Source: Paraglomus brasilianum
Lineage: Eukaryota
DNA length: 40,123 nt
Assembly: GCA_910592345.1 (NCBI GenBank)
Contig: CAJVPI010000240.1
Coordinates: 1-40,123 of the forward strand
Direction: 5' to 3'
In this document: positions 28,020-39,612 of the stretch, piece by piece
Position numbering within the stretch: the stretch's first letter is position 1
Layout of the letters: every line of letters begins with the position of its first letter
Made by a program: the position numbers and the translations under genes
The notes under the pieces: generated by a model
Seen by the model: only the letters and a program-made list of their open reading frames with translations
Database searches by the model: none
What the model was told of the DNA's origin: nothing

Positions 28020-30047
28020 TGTCTGTAGGTATGCACTCGGTCAGATCCAACTCACCCGTGTCATAATCTACTAGTTCGAATTCAAGCTATTACTCACCAA
28101 CTGACTATGGGCCATCATTCACTCTGCCAGCGGCTGAAGAAATTAAAGAAAGCGAACCTGAAGAGATTAATTCCACTCTTCCTGATGCTTCTACATCAAC
28201 AATATAACAGATGAAAATGGCTTATTTACAATATTTAATACAATATTGGATACTAAACCCAACTCTTCAATGGACGATGCTAGGCTACAATTCAGTAAAT
28301 TATCAAACTGGTATTCCAACCCAAATTCTGCCTCATTATGTCACTTCCACTAGGAGTACACCAGCCTCGCGATGAGAATTTTCGGTTTACTATTGTGGCC
28401 CTTCCAGTATGATTGGACCAACTTCGCAACAAGAATCTCCAGCTTATTATCCTCAAACCCAAGTCCCACCGAATTACGTCGCTTCTGCTGGACGGGATAA
28501 GAGCTATTATAATCTGCAAGAAACAGAAAATGTCACTTGCGGTTATCCAAGACCTTAACTATCAGCAATGTGCCATCCTCGTATACACCACTTCTACCAC
28601 TTCTAGCAGGAAAATCATTGAATGAGGATTATCCTCAAGAAACAAAAACAAAAAATGATTTCCACTATTCTCCAATACAGGTCCCACCCCCAAATATTAC
28701 TACTGCTAACGGCAGGCCGGTCACAATTCAGCCCCTCTCAACTGGCTCGAGGGGTAGAAGAACTGTTGAATGAAATTATCCTCAAGAAACAAAAAATGAT
28801 GCTAATGGCAGACCGGCCAGAACTCAGCCACTTCGAACACCTCAAGCAAAAGCTACTGTCTATCCTCTGCGAAACTTGGATACAGACACTGCTAGACTGC
28901 AACATCATCCAACCAAACTCTCTATTTCACAGCCAATGGGACAATTCGGTCAATGTGGTGAATGCAAAAGTCCAAGAACAGGATACAATTGGTGTCAATA
29001 TTGCAACAGCGAACTGTTTCGGGAGAGTTTTGCGAATTGGAGTGACTCCGAAGAAATTGACGATTTTATTCAAATAGCTCAACTTAAGGCAGTCAATGTC
29101 AGATCTATCCTGGAGTGGATAGACAATGAAGAATTCACAAACATGAAGCATCTTGCAAATGGTGGTAACAGCTCAGTGTAGGTATATTTTGAGTTGTGTT
29201 TACATGTATCTCTTGTATCGAGCTAATCTCAGACTATTTAATTAGATTTATAGCACATTGGCCTAGAGGACCTATTCGGACATGGGACGCAAACGGCGAT
29301 AAATGGGAACGAGGCTGGGGTCAGGCAAATTCAGACATAATTATATTGAAACGTATAAGAAATTCTAATAAAGTGACAATGGGCTTTCTGAAAGAGGCAT
29401 GTTAATAAGTAAAGTTGAATATTGTTTATCTGCTTTGCTGGTGGTTTTGCTAACTAACATATGCTCATTGTTTTGTCCGATTAGTTGGGCGCATATCACC
29501 AATTCAGTATGTTGGTTTCGCACGTCGTACGTTGTTATGGCATCTCGCGCTGCCCATCCACTAATGAGTTTATTGTCGTCACCTCATATGCTGAGGATGG
29601 AGATCTCCGGCAGTATATCTCCAAGAACTTTGATAGCTTTACTTTACAGAAAAAAATCATCACACTCAGAGATATTGCAAGCGGCTTAGTGACCATTCAT
29701 AAAGCGGGACTGTTGCATGTAATAGCGAGTTCTATGATAATTATTAAATAGAATTTTTTATGCACTAATAATAACTGACAGATCAATACTCTCCTCTTTC
29801 GCTGCTGCCAACCTTGAAGAAAGACTTGCATCCTGGAAACATTCTGCGATCTGGTACCTGGACAATGATAAGTGATCTCGGTCTTTGCTGGAATAAGGGC
29901 TCTGTGACAGGAAATGAAGAGACAATTCAGGGTGTGCTTCCCTATATAGCACCAGAAGTTTTACAATGGCAAATGCCATACACTCGAGCAGCTGACGTTT
30001 ATAGCATTGGAATGAATATGAAGAGAACAAGTCCACGGACCCTATAA
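28020..30047 (+). pseudogene. Truncated Glomeromycotina-type kinase gene with a degenerate Pro/Gln/Ser-rich N-terminus; 5' boundary uncertain (may begin near 27537)
   Basis: GQCGECKSPRTGYNWCQYCN..NWSDSEEIDDFIQ..LEWI..LANGGNSSV; IILKRI; CYGISRCPSTNEFIVVTSYAEDGDL; LLH|KDLHPGNIL; ISDLGLC; GVLPYIAPE; ADVYSIGM. Homology then stops, with no subdomains X-XI. The upstream low-complexity part has stops and frameshifts. Confidence 0.82.
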
Positions 30048-30395
30048 TGTTGGACAAGTCTGCTGACAATTTTCCATGTGACACATGACCGGACACAAGC
30101 CACAGGACATTGTCTACCAGTATAAGACGAACATTGTCCATGTACATCTCTGGGTGTTATCATATCGATCAGACAATTAATCAATTGATCATTATATTCC
30201 ACAATTTTCTTTTATTTACTCTTGAATATGTCTCACGCACGTTATTCAAGCGATATTTGGTGGGCAAGGAATTTAGATAGATTTGACGAACTTGTACACA
30301 AGTATCCAAAATTACCAACAAACCCGGTAGAAGAGAGCAGGTGGGTATATGTGTGTATTATTTTATTACTTGAGCACCACTAATATTGATTTTGT

Positions 30396-31434
30396 ATGGA
30401 ATGCAGTTTACCTTTGAAAATTGGCTCGAAAATCACGATAAAAAATTATAACACTTTCCTTGAGAACCACGGGTCAGCTGGATACAAATTCTGGTTCGAC
30501 AAGAAAACTAGCGATGTGTTTATAATTGGTATGGCCTCAACCATACATGAGGCTGTTGTCTCCCTGCTCCAAGATTATTTTAAGATTCCTAATAATGGAG
30601 TTGTTGTCAATCCTCCCATAAGAGTCTATGGACAACCTCGTAAGAGAATCTAGTTTGCTTCTTGTTATTGAATTTCAATATTCTTATAATTTTTTCATAT
30701 AGTTCACTATGAGCCTGGTGGAACAGGGCTTAAAATAGTTCCTGATGTTGCTGTATACCCAAATATAGCCTTTGTTCTAAGACCTTCCGCTTCCCCTGTG
30801 ATACCTGTTCCTCCCAGTGATTTATGTGTATGTTGAGTTTGATGTGTATTATTGTATTTTGTTTTATATGTGATTTTCATTATTATGGTTTATGAAGGGA
30901 AATCCTCATGCACGGATAGTGTGTGAGATAGCTATCAGCCAAGATGTTGGTCGTCTGGGACAAAGATGTTGAGATGGATGAAAGAAAAATATGTTCGTGC
31001 TGTCATTAGTATCAAAATTTTAGAAGAAAGACCAATGATTCGAGAACCTGTAACTGGGTATTTTTATAAAACAATGACGGTATATATTATTATTCAATGA
31101 TCTAATACTAAATCAAGTATTGCCTATTTCATCTGATTAGTCTTTTTTTAAATTTCAGGCAAAACTTTACCATCAAGGAATGGACACACAACGATGGGAT
31201 TTTGGGAATGCTAAAAAATATTCAAGAGATCCTGTCAATAATCCTGCTGATTGCAATGCGCCAAACTTGCCGGCTTTTCAGATCACAATTCCTATAAGTG
31301 AAGTATTTTGGGATCCGCCGTTGTTTCCTATCCCACTTGCATATGCTCCAGTAGTCCCAGCAACCATAGTTGGTAATAATTTTGTTATCGACTTGTACCA
31401 GATCCAGCGAATTGTTTTAGAAGCTAGCATCTGA
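30396..31434 (+). pseudogene. Uma2-like PD-(D/E)XK restriction-endonuclease-fold protein (4 exons) with a single 1-nt frameshift
   Basis: Exons ~30396-30638, 30702-30826, 30898-31079 and 31159-31434 give ASTIHEAVV, IVPDVAVYP, HARIVCEIAISQ, YVRAVISIKI, WDFG, CNAPNLPAFQITIPISEVF and FVIDLYQIQRIVL. At 30967-30972 TGTTGA reads C-stop where TGT TTG AGA TGG (CLRW) would restore the frame. Confidence 0.72.
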
Positions 31435-31620
31435 ACAAGTTAAACAATTGTGATCACATAAGACTCTGAGATTACGACTTCGTATAGCGGTTTACTCTTT
31501 TCATAAATACAAGTTAATAAATTACTCCTGCATTTAATGCTAAAGTAGATTGTCCGTTCTTATTTCCAAACATAGTATAAAATTTTTTTTGTACTTTAAG
31601 TACATTAACAGGATTGTTTA

Positions 31621-31980
31621 TTAATACAAATAATAGTGTGAGGAAACACGCAAAAATAAATACAGATAAAAAAAAAATCGGGAATCCTCAACTTCTCGTA
31701 CTGATTCTCTATGGAGTCCTTTCTTTTCCTGAATTTCAGAAATTCGAGTGGTGTCAGAAGATAACTTCCGGATAAGTCTTTTTAATACGATAGAATCCTC
31801 TTCCTTAATCACTTTCTTAGCTTTCTTACAGGAAGATTTTTCAGTCGATTTATCAGTATCTTCATTAACCCGTTTTTATTGGCAGAATTCTTCAACTCGG
31901 TCTTCAGCTGGCTCATGCTGATGCTCTGTTTCTTCATTTTCATCCAGATCCATTGGTTGACCGGGATGGAGTTCTAGAAC
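31621..31980 (-). pseudogene. Remnant of a charged, repeat-associated hypothetical protein family
   Basis: Minus-strand frame ELHPGQPMDLDENEETEHQHEPAEDRVEEFCQ*KRVNEDTDKSTEKSSCKKAKKVIKEEDSIVLKRLIRKLSSDT.. is interrupted by a stop and truncated. It resembles an expanded Glomeromycotina hypothetical family (from memory, unverified). Confidence 0.45.
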
Positions 31981-32629
31981 CAATTCCAATATTACGGGTA
32001 AATTCGTCAACTAGTAAGATTCCTAATATTAATATGGCATTCTTTTGAATATCTGGGAATCAAAACCATCATTTACCGGGTAATGCTTTCTTCAAGCTCT
32101 AGCTTATATCTTTAACCAAGTATATAACTATATTAATATCCATATATTTCACGGTTGTATTCCCCGATTCGACACAATTCTTGGGCGGGTTAGTTGTGAT
32201 TACTAAGACATTTCCGAAGTCATTGAAGTGTAGGAAATGGGAGGCCACTGAATTAGCTTTTATGATACATTAACTTGTTAGTGCAACTTTTAACTTTTAA
32301 CCAGCATAGGCTGTTTCTTTATAATGTCTAATTGCTTTGCTATTATTACTATATAGTAGAATTCTAATGTAGGTTGATTGTAATTGTGTCGCAACAAATT
32401 CCTTTCGCTTGCAGTGTTCTTGTAAATATGATTTGTTGCGTCTAAAACTTTCCTGATTACATAAATCGAACAAACGGTTCTTCGCGTTTGGAAAGACCAG
32501 ACAATTGAACGCACGCTATAATCTAAAAATTTCAATCAAAGTGCTAAGTCTCTTATTTTATATCGATACACCTACGTCTACTTATACGTGTGCTGTAATA
32601 CAGATGCAACAAATCTTGTTAGACTTCCA

Positions 32630-34589
32630 TTATGCATGCAACGAGAAATACCGCGTCAGACAGGAATCGGGATGGGCATCTTCAAAGAAAAGGGTATTAG
32701 TTTCAACTGCAAATCATTTTTTGTCTATAATTCATGTGTTAGTAAATCTATATTACCAAAATTGCTTTTAGGATTACATCGACAGTTGCCAGCTTCGTAA
32801 ACTTCTCGTTCAGGTGGGCAGTGCTCTATATGCCCATGTCTATAACCGATGTCATTAAAGAAATGCAACTCGGATTGATTTAGAAAAAGAGATGCCGCGA
32901 TAGAATGGATTGGCGCGTCTCCCCATCTGAAAATTCCGAGTTGACAAAATTAGTAAAAAAATATATATTCCTCGTTGCTTTCAAACGATGGGAACTCACC
33001 GTTCGTAAAAGAACCCTCCGGCCCTATCCAAATACTCAAAGAACTTTAAGTATGCTTCGCTCCTATAAAACCGTAGATCTCCAATTTCAAAATTGCTCCA
33101 AAAATGACATCTAATTATTTTTTTTCAACAAAGAATGATACTGTTGTTATAATGTAGTTGTAAAATAATTAATACAATCAACAAATTGTATAAGTACAAA
33201 TTATAGCTTGTCAAATCGTTGTCTGATATAAACGTTGCGGAATTGTGAGTCGGAAGATATTGCGGATTATCCTCGACAAACTGCCTGACATGTTGCCACA
33301 AAGTCGGAATAGTTTTCGGTCGCTCTTTTAGGGATATTGTGAATCCATATGAAATGTTATGCTTTTGTATGAAGGCGAATGGATCATAGTCAATATCACA
33401 ATAGAATTCAACGTGAGGCTCAACGCGCCAGTAATAGTCGTACTCTTGCAGGAGGGGGTGGCGAAAGAAAAACCCAGAATTAAAACGACACATGTGATAA
33501 TACGACTCTAATCCTCCGTATGGAACACCACCATCATTTGACATTTGCACCCGAGCCTGAGCCGCTTTCGTCTGATCGATCCATGACGGGTAACCCCACA
33601 TCTCTGGGGGAATCAGAGCTGATTTACATAAATTGGAGAAGTATGAGTACAGGTAACAAACTCGCATTTACAAGCCGCAAAGTATATCAGCTTTTGGTCG
33701 AGCATCTACAACTCGAACCAATTCCTCGAACCAAATCTCAAAAATACTGTTACGATAATGGGGAAAGCGTTAAAGAAACAAACCAAGTTTTCCCGATAAC
33801 ATGGTTTCTATGCCTTGATATAAGAGATCTAATGGTAATTGTTCCAACATAGAAAGCAAGCTATACCATTTCTTATGTAACCTCAACCGATCCTGCATAG
33901 TCAAGATACCTGTTGTGGGGAGCTATGATAAAATTTACGGTTTTCCTGTTAGGAACAAGTGTTGGCAGGCAGGCTAAGCACTGATATATTCATGACCCTC
34001 GCATAGGACGCTTACAGCAGTTCAGCTGAGGTTACATAACAAATGTTACTTTATTGTTGCACGGGATGTGGCTATCAACTTTTATAGACAAATCGGCTTT
34101 TCACCCGAGTTTTAACTAACGATTTTTTGAAGTTTGGTTCAAGGCAAGCTTATATGTGCAAATCGTAGGCCAGATAATCCTACCATGAGATGTTTTAGCT
34201 TTTGTTATGGCGGTGGTCTTTTCTATAAATTCTGAACTGAAGGGTTCATTATTTAAATAAATATATGGGTAATTGTATTTCTTGTTCCAACGCTGTTCAA
34301 ACTGCTCGATGGTATTTAACAATGAATCTAGCTCATTATTCCTGACCAGTATAACAATCACAGCATTTAATCGCTTGGTGTTGTTGGCGGCAAATATGCT
34401 GGAATCCCTGTGAGGATCTATGTACTGTGTCTCGAAGAAACGTTGTCTGTATTTATCTTTAATAAATGCTGAAGTTACGACATAAGAATATAAACCTGCG
34501 AGAACTACTATCATCAACAAGACAGATATACGCAGATAACGAAAAAGCTGTGTTGAAGTAGAGCGTGATCGCAAAGGTAATTGTAGCAT
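32630..34589 (-). CDS. Glycosyltransferase family 15 alpha-1,2-mannosyltransferase (KRE2/KTR/MNT family), 5 exons
   Basis: N-terminal type II anchor; [88 protein letters not shown]; ends [12 protein letters not shown] at 32630. Confidence 0.95.
33867..34045. repeat. Inverted repeat/hairpin (about 24-bp arms) in the long first intron of the GT15 gene
   Basis: CATTTCTTATGTAACCTCAACCGA (33867-33890) pairs with TCAGCTGAGGTTACATAACAAATG (34022-34045). Confidence 0.8.
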
Positions 34590-35640
34590 TGTAGACTAAA
34601 CGAAAGAAACGGCGCAAATAAGTCGGCCCATTTTATATTTACTGCAGTTGTTGAACAAAGTTGGTCATAAAGGTTTAACCATTGTAGCTTAAATTGTAAG
34701 GTGCAGTATATCGATATATTGTGCTACATTGCATGTGGCTTTCGAAACGCGGATGAAAATGAAGAAAACCATCTGATATGTTCTCATTGGTCAATCTTCT
34801 AATGACCAGGTCTGGTACACATCCAAAAAGGGAAATTACAATATTCTCGAACATTAGATCAATATTAATGGTTAGTCATCTTATTGAACAACACTACACA
34901 ATACTGCATATATACCATTAATATCGAACCCAGCTTCTTGGGTTTAATAGAACTTTTGTTTTATTGTCAGATAAGATTAGGTCAGAAACTCAATACCCGT
35001 TTAATGTTAAAGGCCAAAGGTTACCATTTAGCTCTCGAAACTTTAAATGGTTCCCCTGTTCTGTAAAGCATACAAACCGCATTTTACAAACTCGATACAA
35101 ACATCAACAGCCATCTATACGCCAGCTTCTTGCGTTTGGGACATGGTACACAAGCTAGAGGCACGTATAATATGAAGTACAACATAATCGATATATCTTC
35201 TTGACCTAATTCTATCCTCCCAGAAACATCGGAAAGGTTATAACCTCCCATTAATTAACTGAGCTACTCACTCTTGTGAGCTTAATAGCTCTTTATTACT
35301 CTTCGGCATATATAAGTTGGCTGGATAAATATCGTCAATTCTGTAACAATTGTTTTTCGTAGATCCAAATCGTCGGTAGGCAACTCGTTGGTTGATCTGT
35401 CATCTTCGCGTATTCCTTTTTAGTTTGTTGATAGAACGGAAGAGATACTAGGAAAGGATTTGAAGCACAAAGTGACATACTTCCGAGATGCATCCGGTGC
35501 TAAGATCCAGTTATATGATTTGGAACGTAGAGGTGGGAGAGTGGACAATTCATGCAATATGTGAACTTTATTACCGATCCATGCAGTATAATAAATATCT
35601 CATCTGCCTTCTAGTATGTCATTGAAATTCTAAATTATGA

Positions 35641-36248
35641 TTATATCGAAAAGCTTTCACCGCATCCGCAAGCTTCTTTGACGTTCGGATTGTTAAAGAC
35701 AAATTTAGAGGATAGCTTGTCTTCAACATAATCCATCTCAGACCCAATCATCTTGAAAAGAGATTTTGAATCGATTAAAAGCGTCACTCCTATAAGAAGA
35801 GAGCATGTCAAACGGAAGGTATTGCCCTGTTAATGATTGACGAAAGCCTTTATTTTCAACACATTACATATGACTCACCATCCTGAGTAACGACTTCATC
35901 AAATTTCCCTTTTTCTTTCGTATATTCCAAGTCATACGATAATCCAGCACATCCTTTATTTTTCACAGCCACACGAATCAACTTGGGATTCGGTCCATCA
36001 ATCAAACGACGTAACCGATCTACGGCTGCGGGAGTCTACTCGTCTCATAGACAATAGAGATAAACATACTGCTTAGCATAAACGACTCTGCTCAGCAAAA
36101 CCTTTCTAGCTTGAACTCACCCAAGCGTTCCAGCAACACCCACCAGTGTCATGGCAGCCTTGCGGGCTTTGAACCTAGATGGCGCTTGAGTAGCAACAGT
36201 TTTCAGACCTCTTGAAGTCATAGCACGGAATATTGATGCTGGCATCAT
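35641..36248 (-). CDS. ISA1: Mitochondrial A-type iron-sulfur cluster assembly protein (IscA1), 3 exons
   Basis: Presequence-like MMPASIFRAMTSRGLK; RKAAMTL|TPAAVDRL; VKNKGCAGLSYDLEY; KFDEVVTQDG|VTLLIDSK; IGSEMDYVEDKLSSKFVFNNPNVKEACGCGESF*. Confidence 0.95.
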
Positions 36249-37111
36249 AGTAATCGTATGTAAGTAAGGTAGGGCCTTGGTGAAAATGGGGAAAATGGTG
36301 AAAATATAATATGTGACGATAGTACGAGTGCCAATTTTTGTAACTATTATTAATAATCCCACGTAGCACAAGAATTTTCGAGGGTATATAACTTGTACTA
36401 TGACGACGCAATTCTACATCATAATTATACTACCAAATTCGGCATTCCGGGCTAAATTATGACCAAGAATTGGGAATTAGTCAAATAACCATGGAATAAG
36501 AAATTCAATGGAGTACCTAAATATCAGAAGAACCAATCCACTAGCATGACGAATGAAACCTAGAAAGTGATTTTGGAACAATCTGCTAATTTGATCCGTT
36601 TCAGGCGATGGAAGCGACTATGAATAACATTTACCATGAAGGGTCGAGCTGCATTTGAGAAAAGCAACAGAAGTGGTGTGCAGCGATCAAACAACCCAGC
36701 CAATACTAACCGATAGAACGTGAATGGGATACAACAACATTACGCTCAAGAAATTGAAGGCGCATCATCCCCTCATCAATTCGAAGGTGAATATCGAAGT
36801 TACGATGAGCGACTGGTTACGAAAGGAGGAGGGATCCGATTGTAAGTAAGAAAAAGGATCTAAATGAAACTCACTAAGTTGTAAGCAGACTCATTTAATA
36901 TGCGAATCATTTGCATAGGGAACATGCTTATTAATACATGATGAGTTTATTAATAATTGGAGATCGAAGGCAAATACCAAGAGTTGCAGAGATTTATTTT
37001 TGTTAGAGTGACAATAGTTATAATATCTGAAACATTTTCAAAGGCGCGCTTTACACTATTCGTGTGCTTGTCCTCTGAAATGCATCAACTAAATCACTTT
37101 GTCCGATGAAT

Positions 37112-38332
37112 TTATTTCATTCTTTTTAACACACAAAAGTACAGCGGTCCCCATCCAGCGCTTCTATCTGGTAACACGATCCATCCATAATCTGTGCTCT
37201 CTCCCACCTCGTATTCTCTCTTAACAATTTCAATATCCATTCTGGATTTGTCCAAAAACTTCTCAATCACGCCATCATTTTCACACTTGTTAATCGAGCA
37301 GGTTGAATAAACCACAATCCCTCCTATTTTAACCATTTTAATAGAATCCCACAAAATGGTATACTGTGTTGGCAATAACTTCTTACTATGACGATCATTC
37401 CACCGCACGAATTCAATTTCATTTCGTAGCAAATGTCGCTCATTTGAACATGGGACGTCAGCAATAACCTTATCAAAGAGAGGAGGATACGTTGATGCAT
37501 TCGATATGACGGACACACGATGTCGCACCGAAGGAGGGATGTAGTTGTTTATAACACGTTGCAGACGTACCCTTCGGGACACGGATGGTTCGTTGGAGGT
37601 GAGATATCCTGAATGAGACAGTCGTTGCAAAATCGACAATGTCTTTCCTCCAGGCCCCGCACACATGTCGAGAATATTATCATCCGGTTGGACGTCAAGT
37701 GCTTTCGTAGCAAGAACGGAAGATGCATCTAGGTGATATACCATCGTTATCCCAGCTCTGTCTACAGTTGGAGGAGTAAACTTGTCATTACTGACATAAC
37801 ATGGAATGTCAAGGAATGTTACTTGTTGTGCATCAGATGGGAGGTAAGATTCGATTGATTCCTGGCAGGCGTATTTGTTCGTCATTGCACAATATCGATG
37901 TGGATTACGCAACGCATCAAGTAGAGACGGCCATCGGGTATCGTACTGAGCAATGTAGAATTCATTGAACAAGGTTTCAACAAGTTGATTACGTGTGTGC
38001 CGTTTTTCAAGTTCTTTTCGCTGTTTTTTAGATAATTTCTTCGACAATGGTAAGTTTTGATGGATTGATGGGGATGGTTTAGGGTAGTCTGGTGTTGTTA
38101 GCCCGCTGTTTTCGGTAGGCTTTCCAGTACGTTCCTTTGTTATCGGTTCTGTTGCTCCTGAGCTTTTGGCAAGTGATTTTGCTGCGGTAGTACTGGGGAA
38201 TATTGAATGCTATGCGTTGGGGATAGTAACAGTTGATGAGTAATTGAAACCCTGTAGTAAAAATAAAAGAAAAGATATTGATATCACCGATCGTGTTCTT
38301 AAAATTAATTTGTATGATGACACTAGTATCAT
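37112..38332 (-). CDS. NOL1/NOP2/Sun family RNA cytosine-C5 methyltransferase, NSUN3/NSUN4-like, probably mitochondrial
   Basis: LDASSVLA; LDMCAGPGGKT; FDKVIADVPCSNERH (motif IV PC); VYSTCSI..END (motif VI TC); GWIVLPD..GWGPLYFCVL. The proposed exon 1 (38288-38332, MILVSSYKLILRTRS) joins in frame via a 78-nt GT-AG intron (38210-38287). The 5' end is less certain than the core. Confidence 0.9.
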
Positions 38333-39612
38333 AGATCGTCCATATCCAAAAATGCTACTACTCATTATGATATTATCGCCGCGTTGACTGGTATGTGGCG
38401 TTAAAATGTCAGTTAGTCATGTGATAACTAATAATATAAAGTTGGAAAATCTATTACTTAATATTAAAATAATTTTAATTCATAAATTGAAATTAATGCT
38501 TTTTGCTTGCAACCCTTTATAATTAGGGCCATGGTTTAATAATGCATTGAGTATGGAGTTGTACAATCGTGCTATTAAGAATACCATAGTGAACACTTTC
38601 TGATCGTAAGTTTATTAATTGTTTTTCTTCGAACCTACGGGTACTAGATACATGAATAAGGTAGCACAAGAAAGTAGAAGTATCGATATAAAGTCAAAAA
38701 TTGACACTGTAAATTATACTCGCAAACTCGAAAACATCATGCGTTCTAACGACGTAATTATCACGCACGTACTTGCTGTAAGTTCGTTCGCGACAGGAAG
38801 TAGCGTTGGCACGCTAAGGTGCCATTATGGAATAAATACTGCGATCATAAAACTGCTTGGAATCAATCATTTTTACACCATTTGAAAGTGTTTTAATTTT
38901 AAAATTACTTTCCATCGTTAGCAACCCTTCTTCCGAATATAAACAAACCCAATAAAGGTTTATCATTATGGATGACTAAAAATAGAGTTCAAATTAGAAT
39001 AATGCGAATTAAGGTAAAAAGTAAGCCATACTAAGACGTACATTACTAATAAAGTCTATAATGATGTCATCTTCGGACAAAACGTTAATCGTGCATGGCA
39101 AGATATATTCAATACGGTGGGATTTTTTAGTATCCGTACTATATTGGGTTTCCTCGGTTGATGTTTTTATCTACAAATAAATATTTATATAACAATTAAA
39201 CAGAGCAATACAACAATTATTCTTATCCTATACTTACTAGAATTGTAATTGTCGACGTCTCCCCATCGTACAACATAATACTGAGTTTGTATTTATTTGG
39301 AGGTACTCGGAATATTGGTATTGTTAACTAACATTCATATAATTGTCAGTAATTAATATATTACTTGCGTGTTGATAATTAAGCACTTACTTTGTTAGGT
39401 CCATTAAGATATAAATATCTCTCATTACTAAAGTTTAGTAACAATAATATTATTATTATAAGAATAGGCTAAATTGCCGTATTTGTTAAAAAAGTTACGT
39501 ACATAACAGAGACATTCTCGGTGTCTTCAATACTACTTTCAAATATAAAATGCGCTTTCAGATGATCTAATAAATAGAAATAATCTGGTAAACGTTAAAA
39601 ATAATAATGCAA

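Noticed and set aside
14396..34589. Mannose-metabolism gene cluster (AMS1 + GT15)
   Set aside because: The genes are 13 kb apart, separated by unrelated genes, and act in different compartments.
35641..38332. Functional mitochondrial cluster (ISA1 + NSUN-like)
   Set aside because: Adjacency of two mitochondrial genes is expected by chance, and there is no synteny evidence in the window.
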